From Eledone cirrhosa (Eukaryota), in contig OZ024760.1 in NCBI GenBank assembly GCA_964016885.1, positions 1,798,001-1,862,000 on the forward strand: a stretch of 64,000 nt of DNA, written 5' to 3'. Shown here piece after piece: positions 42,945 through 55,320 of the stretch (the first letter of the stretch is position 1; every line of letters starts with the position of its first letter). The notes under the pieces are model-generated. The model saw only the letters and a program-made list of their open reading frames with translations. It was not told where the DNA came from and searched no databases. Position numbers and translations under genes: made by a program.

Positions 42945-43140
42945 TAATAAATGGTTTGAACAGAACTTCGATTCATGTGATTTCTATATAACTGCTCTGT
43001 AGAACAACTGATGTTATTACATTGAGCTATTTATCTTCTGGTAATAAGGTAGTAATAAATTACTGTCTTTCACTGTTTAGGGTTTAAAATATATGTAACT
43101 ATAAAAAGTTTTAGTATATACATAACCATAAATAGTATCC

Positions 43141-43241
<101 letters not shown>

Positions 43242-44165
43242 AAAATTTTGGTTAAAAAACAAAAAAAAACGATAATTCTATCTTTAAGTAAAAGACTTCT
43301 GCATCTTGTATTTACAGACAGAAGTTGACATTCTTTAATGTTTGGATAGAAATTGTTTTAGCTGTGTTGGTGTTTATTTTTGCCCAGCACTTTCGTAAAT
43401 GGAATGGTGGGAGGAGAGGGGGGATAGAGAGGGGGGAGAAGGGAGAGAGAGGGGGGAGACTAAGTGGGGAGAGAGGGGGTAGAGAGGAGGGAGAGGATGG
43501 AGAAGGGAGAGAGAGAGGGTGGAGATAGGAGAGAGATAGGGGGGGTAGAGAGGTGAGAGGGGGATAAGGGACAGAGTGAGAGAGGTGGGAAGAGATTACT
43601 TGTCTGTGAGGGGAGAGAGTGAAGGGAGGAGAGGAGGGAGAGAGAGAGGGGGGAGGGAGAGAGAGGGGAGAGGGAGACGAAAGAGAGAGAGGTGGAGAGA
43701 CAGAGGGGAGTGAGAGAGGGGAGAGAGTGAGAGAGGTGGAAAGATATTACGCGTCTGTGAGGGGAGAGAGAGAAGGGAGAGAGATATTAGAGAGAGAGAG
43801 AGAGAGAGAGAGAAGAAAGAGAGGAGAGAGAGAGTGATGTGGGAGAGATTACATGTCAGTGAGTACATGTGTAGTTGTAGAAGAATGTATGTATATGATT
43901 GTATGTATGTGTATGTGTGTGTATGTGTGTATACATGTAACTATGTGTATATACAGGTATGAATATATGTGAGCAGTTGTATGTATGTATGTATGTATGT
44001 ATGTATGTATGTATGTATGGGTATATGTGTATATATATGGGTATATGTCCTGGGTTCAATCTGGACTCCAGAAATAGCCGTCGAAACGGCTTGAGCTCTG
44101 CCGTCGGGGTCAAACATTTTCCTATATATATATATATATATATGTGTGTATATATAAATCATCAA

Positions 44166-44217
44166 GGCTTTCCTGATGATTTCCTTCGAATGAAACAGTT
44201 CTAGTCCTATAGAAGCC
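44166..44217 (+). ncRNA. Decayed hammerhead motif
   Basis: GGCTTTC-CTGATGA-TTTC(CTTC)GAAT-GAAA-CAG..CTA-TA-GAAGCC, with mismatches in helices II and III. Confidence 0.5.
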
Positions 44218-44398
44218 ATTTCTATATTAAATTTGTTGTCTACATTCTACTAATGTATTGAGTACCTTACTTACGGTGGTTAATCCCGACTGAACCCAGG
44301 ACACACATACACATATACCCATACATACATACATACATACATACATACAACTGCTCACATATATTCATACCTGTATATACACATAGTTATTTATTATG

Positions 44399-44458
<60 letters not shown>

Positions 44459-44612
44459 CATAATAAATAACACAATATAATCATTCCATTACCAAAGGTT
44501 TCAGGAAACTAGATGATTCTTACAAGAAACGTCCAGCCCTTGATTATAACAGTAATACTTAATATGGTACAATATTGGTTTGTTCAGCGATGAGTCAGTT
44601 GGAAAAAATGGT

Positions 44613-46715
44613 GGGGGGAAGGGCATTGATTCTGTCTTATAGGGGTAGATTATTGGTTAGTTCAGGGGATCTGGAAAGGAAGAGCATTGATTCTGTCTTA
44701 TAGGGGTAGATTATTGGTTAGTTCAGGGGATCTGGAAAGGAAGAGCATTGATTCTGTCTTATAGGGGTAGATTATTGGTTAGTTCAGGGGATCTGGAAAG
44801 GAAGGGCATTGATTCTGTCTTCTAGGGGTAGATTATTGGTTAGTTCAGGGGATCTGGAAAGGAAGAGCATTGATTCTGTCTTATAGGGGTAGATTATTGG
44901 TTAGTTCAGGGGATCTGGAAAGGAAGGGCATTGATTCTGTCTTATAGGGGTAGATTATTGGTTAGTTCAGGGGATCTGGAAAGGAAGGGCATTGATTCTG
45001 TCTTATAGGGTTAGATTATTGGTTAGTTCAGGGGATCTGGAAAAGGAAGAGCATTGATTCTGTCTTATAGGGGTAGATTATTGGTTAGTTCAGGGGATCT
45101 GGAAAGGAAGGGCATTGATTCTGTCTTATATGGGTAGATTATTGGTTAGTTCAGGGGATCTGGAAAGGAAGGGCATTGATTCTGTCTTATAGGGGTAGAT
45201 TATTGGTTAGTTCAGGGGATCTGGAAAGGAAGAGCATTGATTCTGTCTTATAGGGGTAGATTATTGGTTAGTTCAGGGGATCTGGAAAGGAAGAGCATTG
45301 ATTCTGTCTTATAGGGGTAGATTATTGGTTAGTTCAGGGGATCTGGAAAGGAAGGGCATTGATTCTGTTGTATAGGGGTAGATTATTGGTTAGTTCAGGG
45401 GATCTGGAAAGGAAGAGCATTAGATTCTGTCTTATAGGGGTAGATTATTGGTTAGTTCAGGGGATCTGGAAAGGAAGAGCATTGATTTCTGTCTTATAGG
45501 GGTAGATTATTGGTTAGTTCAGGGGATCTGGAAAGGAAGGGCATTGATTCTGTCTTATAGGGTTAGATTATTGGTTAGTTCAGGGGATCTGGAAAGGAAG
45601 AGCATTGATTCTGTCTTATAGGGGGTAGATTATTGGTTAGTTCAGGGGATCTGGAAAGGAAGGGCATTGATTCTGTCTTATAGGGGTAGATTATTGGTTA
45701 GTTCAGGGGATCTGGAAAGGAAGGGCATTGATTCTGTCTTATAGGGGTAGATTATTGGTTAGTTCAGGGGATCTGGAAAGGAAGGGCATTGATTCTGTCT
45801 TATAGGGGTAGATTATTGGTTAGTTCAGGGGATCTGGAAAGGAAGGGCATTTGATTCTGTCTTATAGGGGGTAGATTATTGGTTAGTTCAGGGGATCTGG
45901 AAAGGAAGAGCATTGATTCTGTCTTATAGGGGTAGATTATTGGTTAGTTCAGGGGATCTGGAAAGGAAGAGCATTGATTCTGTCTTATAGGGGTAGATTA
46001 TTGGTTAGTTCAGGGGATCTGGAAAGGAAGAGCATTGATTCTGTCTTATAGGGGTAGATTATTGGTTAGTTCAGGGGATCTGGAATGGAAGAGCATTGAT
46101 TCTGTCTTATAGGGGTAGATTATTGGTTAGTTCAGGGGATCTGGAAAGGAGAAGAGCATTGATTCTGGTCTTATAGGGGTAGATTATTGGTTAGTTCAGG
46201 GGATACTGGAAAGGAAGAGCATTTGATTCTGTCTTATAGGCGGTAGATTATTGGTTAGTTCAGGGGACCTGGAAAGGAAGGGCATTGATTCTGTCTTATA
46301 GGGGTAGATTATTGGTTAGTTCAGAGGATCTGGAAAGGAAGGGCATTGATTCTGTCTTATAGGGGTAGATTATTGGTTAGTTCAGAGGATCTGGAAAGGA
46401 AGGGCATTGATTCTGTCTTATAGGGGTAGATTATTGGTTAGTTCAGAGGATCTGGAAAGGAAGGGCATTGGTGTCTGTCTTATAGGGGTAGATTATTGGT
46501 TAGTTCAGGGGATCTGGAAAGGAAGGGCATTGATTCTGTCTTATAGGGGTAGATTATTGGTTAGTTTCAGGGGATCTGGAAAGGAAGGGCATTGATTCTG
46601 TCTTATAGGGGTAGATTATTGGTTAGTTCAGGGGATCTGGAAAGGCAGGGCATTGATTCTGTCTTATAGGAGTAGATTATTGGTTAGTTCAGGGGATCTG
46701 GAAAGGAAGGGCATT
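44613..46715. repeat. 61-bp minisatellite, about 34 units
   Basis: GCATTGATTCTGTCTTATAGGGGTAGATTATTGGTTAGTTCAGGGGATCTGGAAAGGAAGR. Confidence 0.97.
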
Positions 46716-47413
46716 AGTCCTCTCCTATGGGAGTACATTAATGATTGAGTTGAAAGGTGGGTGTGGATGGCTGGTGGTTGCTCCTACCCTATGGGAGTTG
46801 ATAATATCCAATTGGGCGTGGCAGGGCAGGGTGGGGACGGGAAGGTCATATAATTGTCCATTACTGGAAGAAAAGGGCTTCAGTTCAACTTAGTCCCAAA
46901 GAGGCATGAAACCCCCACCCCCAACCCCCCAAAAAAAGAAAAAAAAAAGAAAAGATAAATAAAAAAAGAAAGAAAAGAAAAAAACAAGGAAGTAATACAA
47001 CAGCAATTTTTTTTCAAATTTTTCTGGGTGGGGTGAATTAGAATGGGGGGTGGGGGCTTGCAATTATCTGAAAAGCTTTTGCCCAAGCTAAAATGAGTTG
47101 TGTCTTCTACTTTCTGACAGGGTCATGCTTTTATAAATTAGTACTAATTTTGCATCTGTATGGAACACTGTACTTGCAAGTATGGGGTGGGGGTAGGGGG
47201 TCGGATGGGACCCCTAAAGTATATATTAGTCATCAGAGACACAGGCATCATCATTATCACTACTGACATACACACACATATATATGTATGTATGTATAAT
47301 TATATATATATGTATGTATGTATATATATATATATATAATATATATATATACTTACACACGTGTAGGTAGATATATATGAGTATATATATATATATGTAT
47401 GTATATATATGAC

Positions 47414-47450
<37 letters not shown>

Positions 47451-47550
47451 CTCATATATATGTACTCCTACACACATATGTATATATATATATATATTTA
47501 TATATACTTACACACGTGTGGGTAGATATATATGAGTATCTATATATATA

Positions 47551-47588
<38 letters not shown>

Positions 47589-47676
47589 ATATATATGTAC
47601 TCCCACACACACATAGTATATATATATATATATATATATAATGTACTCACACATGGTAGCTCATCAGCAAGTTCAG

Positions 47677-47765
<89 letters not shown>

Positions 47766-48009
47766 GAGAGAGAATATTAGGATGAGAGACAGATACATAC
47801 ACACACACATATATATATATAAATACATATATATATATAATATATATATATATAATACATATATATATATAATATATATATAATACATATATATATATAA
47901 TATATATATAATACATATATGTATATAATACATATATATATATAATATATATATATAATATATATATATATAATACATATATATATAATACATATAATAT
48001 ATATAATAC

Positions 48010-48042
<33 letters not shown>

Positions 48043-48885
48043 ATAATATATATATATATATATATAATATATATATATATATAATACATAATATATATAT
48101 AATATATATATATATAATACATATAATATATATATATATATATATAATACATATATATATATAATATAATATATATATATAATACATTTATATATATAAT
48201 ACATATATATATATATATATAATATATATATATTATATAATACATATATATATATATAATATATATATATATAATACATATTCTATATATATATAATACA
48301 TATATATATATATACATATATATAATATATACATACATATATATATAATACATATATATATATACATATATATATAATACATAGTATATATATAATATAT
48401 ATATAATATATACATATATACACACACATATATATACATATATCACGACATATATATATATATATACACATATATATATATATACACACTATATATATAT
48501 ACATATATACACATTACTCTCTAATGTTCTACATATAAATAATTAAATGCATAAATAATTTTTCCCTTTCCAATTCAATTTTAGGGCCTAATTAGTTTTC
48601 ATCTGTCTTGGTGTTAATTGACTTTTGGTATCTGCTCCAGGGAATTGACAGAAAACTAGAGGGAGAGAGGAGAGGGTGGATAGATAGAGGAGGCGGGGGA
48701 TAGAGAAGGGGGTGGAGAGAGGGGGATAGAGAGAGTGGGTAGAGAGAGTGTGGGTAGAGAGAGGGGTTTAGAGGGAGGGGGATAGAGAGAGTGGGGTAGA
48801 GAGAGGGAGAGAGAGAGAGAGAAAGAGGCTGAGAGAGAGAGAGAGCAAGAGAGAGAGAGGCTGAGAGAGAGAGAGGCTGAGAGAT

Positions 48886-48926
<41 letters not shown>

Positions 48927-48944
48927 CTGAGAGATTGAGATTGA

Positions 48945-48975
<31 letters not shown>

Positions 48976-49100
48976 AGAGAGAGAGAGAGGCTGAGAGATT
49001 GAGAGAGAGAGAGAGAGACAGGGAGAGAGACAGGGAGAGAGACAGAGAGAGAGAGGACAGGGAGAGAGAGACAGGGAGAGAGTCAGAGAGAGACAGAGAC

Positions 49101-49152
<52 letters not shown>

Positions 49153-49693
49153 AGAGAGTCAGAGAGAGAGAAGAGAGAGAGAGTGAGAGACAGAGAGAGA
49201 GAGAGAGAGACAGGCTGAGAGAGAGAGAGAGACAGAGAGAGATAGAGAGGATAGAGCAGTAGCAGAGGATGAGGAAAAGGAGAGAGATAGAATTGGTGAG
49301 ATGAGGAGACTCCATTCCTAAATACCAAATTAGATTCCAAAAGGAAGAGGAGAGTACAGTGAGGGGGGGGGGGGGGGGGGGGCAATGGGGTGAGAGGGTG
49401 AGGGGGGCTGGGTTAGATAGAGAGAATGAAGTAGTTTTAAACAGCATTGATTGTTTTTGTTGTTGTTGTCCTGCTTGCGAATTACGCAATGTTTGTTTCA
49501 GGAGAGAAGCTGGATTCTGGGATATATGGGTTGGGGAGGGAACTCTCCCTGTGTTCGTGTTGCATACACAATTGGAATGTCAGCTGATATTTCTTCTCTC
49601 TGATGATTGGCAGTATCGGTAGAGGGTCTGATGCATGCTTTGCAGCATAGAGTTACGGCGCTTTAAAGTCCTTTACGATTCTGAGTTCAAATC

Positions 49694-49893
49694 NNNNNNN
49701 NNNNNNNNNNNNNNNNNNNNNNNNNNNNNNNNNNNNNNNNNNNNNNNNNNNNNNNNNNNNNNNNNNNNNNNNNNNNNNNNNNNNNNNNNNNNNNNNNNNN
49801 NNNNNNNNNNNNNNNNNNNNNNNNNNNNNNNNNNNNNNNNNNNNNNNNNNNNNNNNNNNNNNNNNNNNNNNNNNNNNNNNNNNNNNNNNNNNN
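49694..49893. other. Assembly gap (200 N) flanked by about 1 kb of duplicated sequence
   Basis: About 48682-49693 reappears at about 49894-50875 with indel differences. Confidence 0.95.
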
Positions 49894-50090
49894 GATAGAG
49901 GAGGCGGGGGATAGAGAAGGGGGTAGAGAGAGGGGGATAGAGAGAGTGGGTAGAGAGAGTGGGTAGAGAGAGGGGTTAGAGGGAGGGGGATAGAGAGAGT
50001 GGGTAGAGAGAGGGAGAGAGAGAGAGAGAAAGAGGCTGAGAGAGAGAGAGCAAGAGAGAGAGAGGCTGAGAGAGAGAGAGGCTGAGAGAT

Positions 50091-50129
<39 letters not shown>

Positions 50130-50142
50130 CTGAGAGATTGAG

Positions 50143-50191
<49 letters not shown>

Positions 50192-50300
50192 CTGAGAGAT
50201 TGAGAGAGAGAGAGAGAGACAGGGAGAGAGACAGGGAGAGAGACAGAGAGAGAGAGACAGGGAGAGAGAGACAGGGAGAGAGTCAGAGAGAGACAGAGAC

Positions 50301-50350
<50 letters not shown>

Positions 50351-50785
50351 AGAGAGTCAGAGAGAGAGAGAGAGAGAGAGTGAGAGACAGAGAGAGAGAG
50401 AGAGAGACAGGCTGAGAGAGAGAGAGACAGAGAGAGATAGAGAGGATAGAGCAGTAGCAGAGGATGAGGAAAAGGAAGAGATAGAATTGGTGAGATGAGG
50501 AGACTCCATTCCTAAATACCAAATTAGATTCCAAAAGGAGAGGAGAGTACAGTGAGGGGGGGGGGGGGGGGGGGGCAATGGGTGAGAGGGTGAGGGGGGC
50601 TGGGTTAGATAGAGAGAATGAAGTAGTTTAAACAGCATTGATTGTTTTTGTTGTTGTTGTCCTGCTTGCGAATTACGCAATGTTTGTTTCAGGAGAGAAG
50701 CTGGATTCTGGGATATATGGGTGGGGAACTCTCCTGTGTTGTGTTGCATACACAATGGATGTCAGCTGATATTTCTTCTCTCTGA

Positions 50786-51212
50786 TGGATTGGCAGTATC
50801 GGTAGAGGGTCTGATGCCATGCTTTGCAGCATAGAGTTACGGCCCTTTAAAGTCCTTTACGTTCTGAGTTCAAATCCTGCCGAGGAGGTTTACTTTGCCT
50901 TTCATCCTTACGGGGGCTGACAAAATAAAATACCAGTAATGCACTGGGGTCGATTTAATCGGCTTTCCCTTCCCCTTCAAATTGCTGGCCTTGTGCCTAA
51001 AGTAGAGACAATTATTATTATTGGTGGATTGGCAGTATCAGTAGAGGGTCTGACGCCATGCTTTGCAGCAAAGAGTTACGGCCCTTTATGGTCTGAGTTC
51101 AAATCCCGCGAGGTTAACTTTGCCTTTCATTCTTACAGGGTCGATAAAATAAAGTACCAGTAATGTACTGGGTAATTGCTGGCCTTGTGCCAAAATTAGA
51201 GACAATTATTAT
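50786..51212 (+). mobile_element. Two tandem copies of SINE family 2
   Basis: GGATTGGCAGTATCGGTAG head, GAGTTCAAATCC B box, central GCCTTTCATCCTTACGGGGTCGATAAAATAAAGTACCAG, (ATT)n tail. Confidence 0.85.
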
Positions 51213-51219
51213 TGTCATT

Positions 51220-52258
51220 ATGTAACAGTAATATACGTGAACGACAAAGCATAAAGGAATTGAGAGAGAGACTGAGCATAAGAGGAATCAAATGCTGCGT
51301 GCAGGAGAGGCGGTTACGCTGGTATGGACATGTGATGCGTATGAAGGATGACAGCTGCATAAAAAGGTGCAGAGCACTAGAAGTTGATGGAAACCGCGGA
51401 GTGGGGAGACCCAAGATGACTTGGGATGAGGTGATAAAAGCCGACCTTACCCAACTACACCTCTCAAAGTCAATGACACACGACCGTGACTTCTGGCGTC
51501 ACGCAGTAATACAGGGTACCCGACCTCCCATGGGTACATGCTGAAGCATATAAACAATATGCCCCCCCCCCCACCGCAAGGTGGTCGTGTAGGTGCCACG
51601 GCAAAAAAGCACCCAGCCCACACTGTAAAGTGGACGTGTAGGCGCCACGAAAAAGCACCCAGCCCACACTGTAAAGTGGACGTGTAGGCGCCACGAAAAA
51701 GCACCCAGCCCACACTGTAAAGTGGACGTGTAGGCGCCACGAAAAAGCACCCAGCCCACACTGTAAAGTGGACGTGTAGGCGCCACGAAAAAGCACCCAG
51801 CCCACACTGTAAAGTGGACGTGTAGGCGCCACGAAAAAGCACCCAGCCCACACTGTAAAGTGGACGTGTAGGCGCCACGAAAAAGCACCCAGCCCACACT
51901 GTAAAGTGGACGTGTAGGCGCCACGAAAAAGCACCCAGCCCACACTGTAAAGTGGACGTGTAGGCGCCACGAAAAAGCACCCAGCCCACACTGTAAAGTG
52001 GACATGTAGGCGCCACGAAAAAGCACCCAGCCCACACTGTAAAGTGGACATGTAGGCGCCACGAAAAAGCACCCAGCACTCACTGTAAATGAGGTTGGTG
52101 TTAGGAAGGGCATCCAGCTGTAGAAATCAAGCCAGCATCAGTTCCTGTATGAGCAAGGCATGGTCAGCCGACCAGACACTGCCCACAACAGGACAACCCG
52201 TCTAACCCATGCTAGCGTGGAAGAACGGACGTAAAACGATGATGATGATGATGATGAT
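51220..52258 (+). mobile_element. 5'-truncated RTE family A copy with an expanded 46-bp array in the 3' UTR
   Basis: ORF end nearly identical to 62086-62410 (CNSNIRERQSIKEL...GTC*). Same 3' UTR and GAT tail. Confidence 0.93.
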
Positions 52259-52269
52259 TATTATCACGT

Positions 52270-52468
52270 GGATTGGCTGTATCGGTAGAGAGTCGGACGC
52301 CATGCTTTGAGGCATAGAGTTACGTCCCTTTATGATCTGAGTTCAAATCCCGCCAAGGTTAACTTTGCCTTTCATCCTTCATCCGGGGTCGATAAAATAA
52401 AGTACCAGTAATGTACTGGGTAATTGCTGGCCTTGTGTGAAAAGTAGAAACAATTATTATTATTATTA
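52270..52468 (+). mobile_element. SINE family 2
   Basis: Same motifs, directly after the RTE tail. Confidence 0.85.
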
Positions 52469-53091
52469 TAATAGAGCATCCCTTCTATTTAGATATCCTG
52501 ACTGCATAATTATGCTGCTGTATGTTACACTACTAGTGATATGTTTAAACTACCCAGGGTGGTGGTAGTGGTGGGTAGGTGGTGGGTAGGTGGTGCTGAG
52601 GAGGTGTAGATGAGTGGGTGGTGTGGACTGGGGGTGGGGGTGGAAGAAACAATAAACAAAACAAAAACAGTACAAACAACAACAACAAAAAAACCCAACC
52701 AACTGTGTATTTATTTAAAGGCTATTAAATGGTAGAGTGACAACATATGATTGTATTTATATTATGGGGGGTAGTGGTGTGTGGGTGGGTTGTGGTGGGG
52801 GTGGAGTAGGGAGTGGGGTGTGGTGGGGTGAGGTGTGGTGGGAGTGTGTTTGTGAGAGAGAGAGAGGAGTTTGTGTGTGTGTGAGATAGAGAGTGAGAGA
52901 GAGAGAGAGAGGAGTTTGTGTGTGTGTGAGATAGGGAGTGAGAGAGAGAGAGAGCAAGTGTATGAGGGAGTGTGAATGCATCTGAAAGTATGTGTTTGTT
53001 TGTGACAGAGAAAGAGAGAGAGGGTGAGTGAGTGTGGGTAAAACTGTATATGCATATGTGAGTGTATGAGTGAGAGGTTTTGTGTGTATGT

Positions 53092-53126
<35 letters not shown>

Positions 53127-53386
53127 GTAATACGTAGGTAGAGGTGGGATATATACAGAAATAATTTGCATACATATATAAATACACATGCATATATATA
53201 TATATATATAAAGAATTAATATATCTAGTAACATATATATACATACAGATGCATATCAATGCTAGCAAATATATAGGTTTTGTCTTAGTAACTTTGTGGT
53301 TCAATGCATAACTTATATATATATATATGCATAAGTTGATTTAAAACTTCACTATTCACAAGTGTTTTTTAAGCTTCATATCATGT

Positions 53387-53457
53387 TATTTTATCTGATG
53401 AAAACGCAGATATCATCCCATGATGATATTTGTTTTTGAAATGTGCATAATAAAATA
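53387..53457 (+). ncRNA. Minimal type I hammerhead ribozyme (pseudo-LTR-like, left arm)
   Basis: TATTTTAT-CTGATGA-AAACGCAGATATCATC..TGATGATATTTGTTTTT-GAAA-TGTGCA-TA-ATAAAATA. Confidence 0.85.
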
Positions 53458-53496
53458 CTTGGAACTCTTTTAACCATCTTTTGATCTTATATATAA

Positions 53497-53564
<68 letters not shown>

Positions 53565-53568
53565 GTAT

Positions 53569-53600
<32 letters not shown>

Positions 53601-53742
53601 GTATATATATATTCCTCACTGTATTATCCATTATATGAGAACATGAAATATTTAAATATTTGCTTTGATCTTGAAAAATACATTTTAAAATCAAACACAA
53701 CCTATGTCTAATGCAAACGTGTCTTTGCCTGTGTTGAATGCA

Positions 53743-53809
<67 letters not shown>

Positions 53810-53932
53810 GGGGGTGAGTTTTATTGTAGTACAATAAAGCAATGCAGATATCGGATAAGTAGCACTCTACAGTTTGTAGGACTGGAGTAAAATAATAATA
53901 TAAGATCAACAGATGGTTAAAAGAGTTCCATG

Positions 53933-54004
53933 TATTTTATTATGCGCATTTCAAAAAAAAAATATCATCATGCGATGACATTTGCGTTTTCGTCAGATAA
54001 AATA
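53933..54004 (-). ncRNA. Minimal type I hammerhead ribozyme (inverted pseudo-LTR next to the Penelope-like ORF)
   Basis: TATTTTAT-CTGACGA-AAACGCAAATGTCATC..ATGATATTTT-GAAA-TGCGCA-TA-ATAAAATA, with a perfect palindromic helix III. Confidence 0.85.
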
Positions 54005-54110
54005 GGGAGACATGATATGAAGGTTAAAAAAACACTTGTGAATAGTGCAGTTTTAAATCAACATATGAAAAGTAGTTTTAGATTGATGTGTGATATTGGG
54101 AAAAAATTGA

Positions 54111-55043
54111 AGGGGGAGGGTTGGAAAGGATGAAAAAGACTTTAATAAAAGACCTAGATACAAAAACATAATCTGGTATAAGGCTCCTTTCTCCATCTCT
54201 AATAATAATAATATTCCTAAATTATTCTTTAGTTCCTTAAATAAATGCTTCCCTCCCTCACATATCTATAGTAAAATATTTAACAAACACACTATAAAAT
54301 TTTCCTATTCGACCTCCTCCAACATCTCCAACATTATCTCTAAACACAACAATAAAATACTAAATACTAAATCTCTTCCTTCCAACACTGAATATCATAA
54401 TAATAGTAATAGTACTCCCGACGTCATTGTTAACTCTAGGCTAATTTCTGCAAACCCAAATACAACGTCAAACGCAACTTCGTTAAATGCTCTTAATCCC
54501 AATCTAAATCAAGAAACTATTATTCCTATCGTAAATAACTTCTCCAATCCAATTCCTCCTATAGATAACACTAGGTCACTTGTTAATAACTCTGTTAATT
54601 TCTCTAATCGCAATTGTAATTGCCCTGTTAAAAATAAATGTCCTCTCAACAACCATTGTCTTGAAAAAAACTTAATCTATGAATGTAAAGTTATAACTGA
54701 CACCAATTCCTTTACCTATTTTGGCTCCACTTCCACCTTCCTTAAAGCTCGTCTTTATAATCATCATTCGTCTTTTAAATACCAACTTAAAAGAACCAAC
54801 ACGGCACTCTCAAAACTCATATGGTCCTTGAAAGACAAAAATATTAACTATAACATCTCTTGGAGGAAGGTTTGTTCTGCTTCTCCATACTTGAATGCCT
54901 CTCTATCCAAAACATGTAATCTCTGTTTATGTGAAAAATTTACCATTATATCTAATTTAGATTCTATAATAAATAGACGCACTGACTTGTTTTCTCTCTG
55001 CTTGCATAAACTCCACAGAACATTCCATAAAGTATACAGCTAA
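54111..55043 (+). mobile_element. Penelope-like element 3' fragment: RT thumb, Asn/Ser-rich linker, Cys motif and GIY-YIG endonuclease
   Basis: Stop-free frame with no ATG: IIWYKAPFS...CFPPSHIYSKIFNKHTIKFSYS..NI..II.KHN.KIL; CNC....KCPL..HC; LIYECK..TYFGST..LKARLYNHHSSF; LSKLIWSLK; CNLCLCEK; INRR; CLH. Confidence 0.9.
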
Positions 55044-55083
55044 TATCTAATACTTTACCAATTTAAAATCCTTTTTCTCAAAG

Positions 55084-55135
<52 letters not shown>

Positions 55136-55226
55136 CGAAGGAAATGTGGTAAGGAACCAGGTGAACCATAACGCACCAAAGTACTCAATACTTAGGGTAG
55201 TAGAGTGGGTAATAGGAACCAGTAAG

Positions 55227-55320
55227 ACCCCGACGGCTGAGCTCAAGCCGTTTCGACGGCTAATTCTGGACTAAATGAAAATTTATCCTGGTATTTAAAT
55301 AGCCGAGCTTCTCAAGGGGT
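55227..55320 (-). ncRNA. Full-helix type I hammerhead, U3-A8 core variant
   Basis: ACCCC-TTGAGAA-GCTCGGCTA...TAGCCGTC-GAAA-CGGCT(TGAGCTC)AGCCG-TC-GGGGT. The 3' half recurs at 44075-44111 (+). Confidence 0.8.

Noticed and set aside
44613-46715. 61-bp periodic array as CRISPR or coding repeat
   Set aside because: Units are identical end to end with no spacers; stops in the frames.
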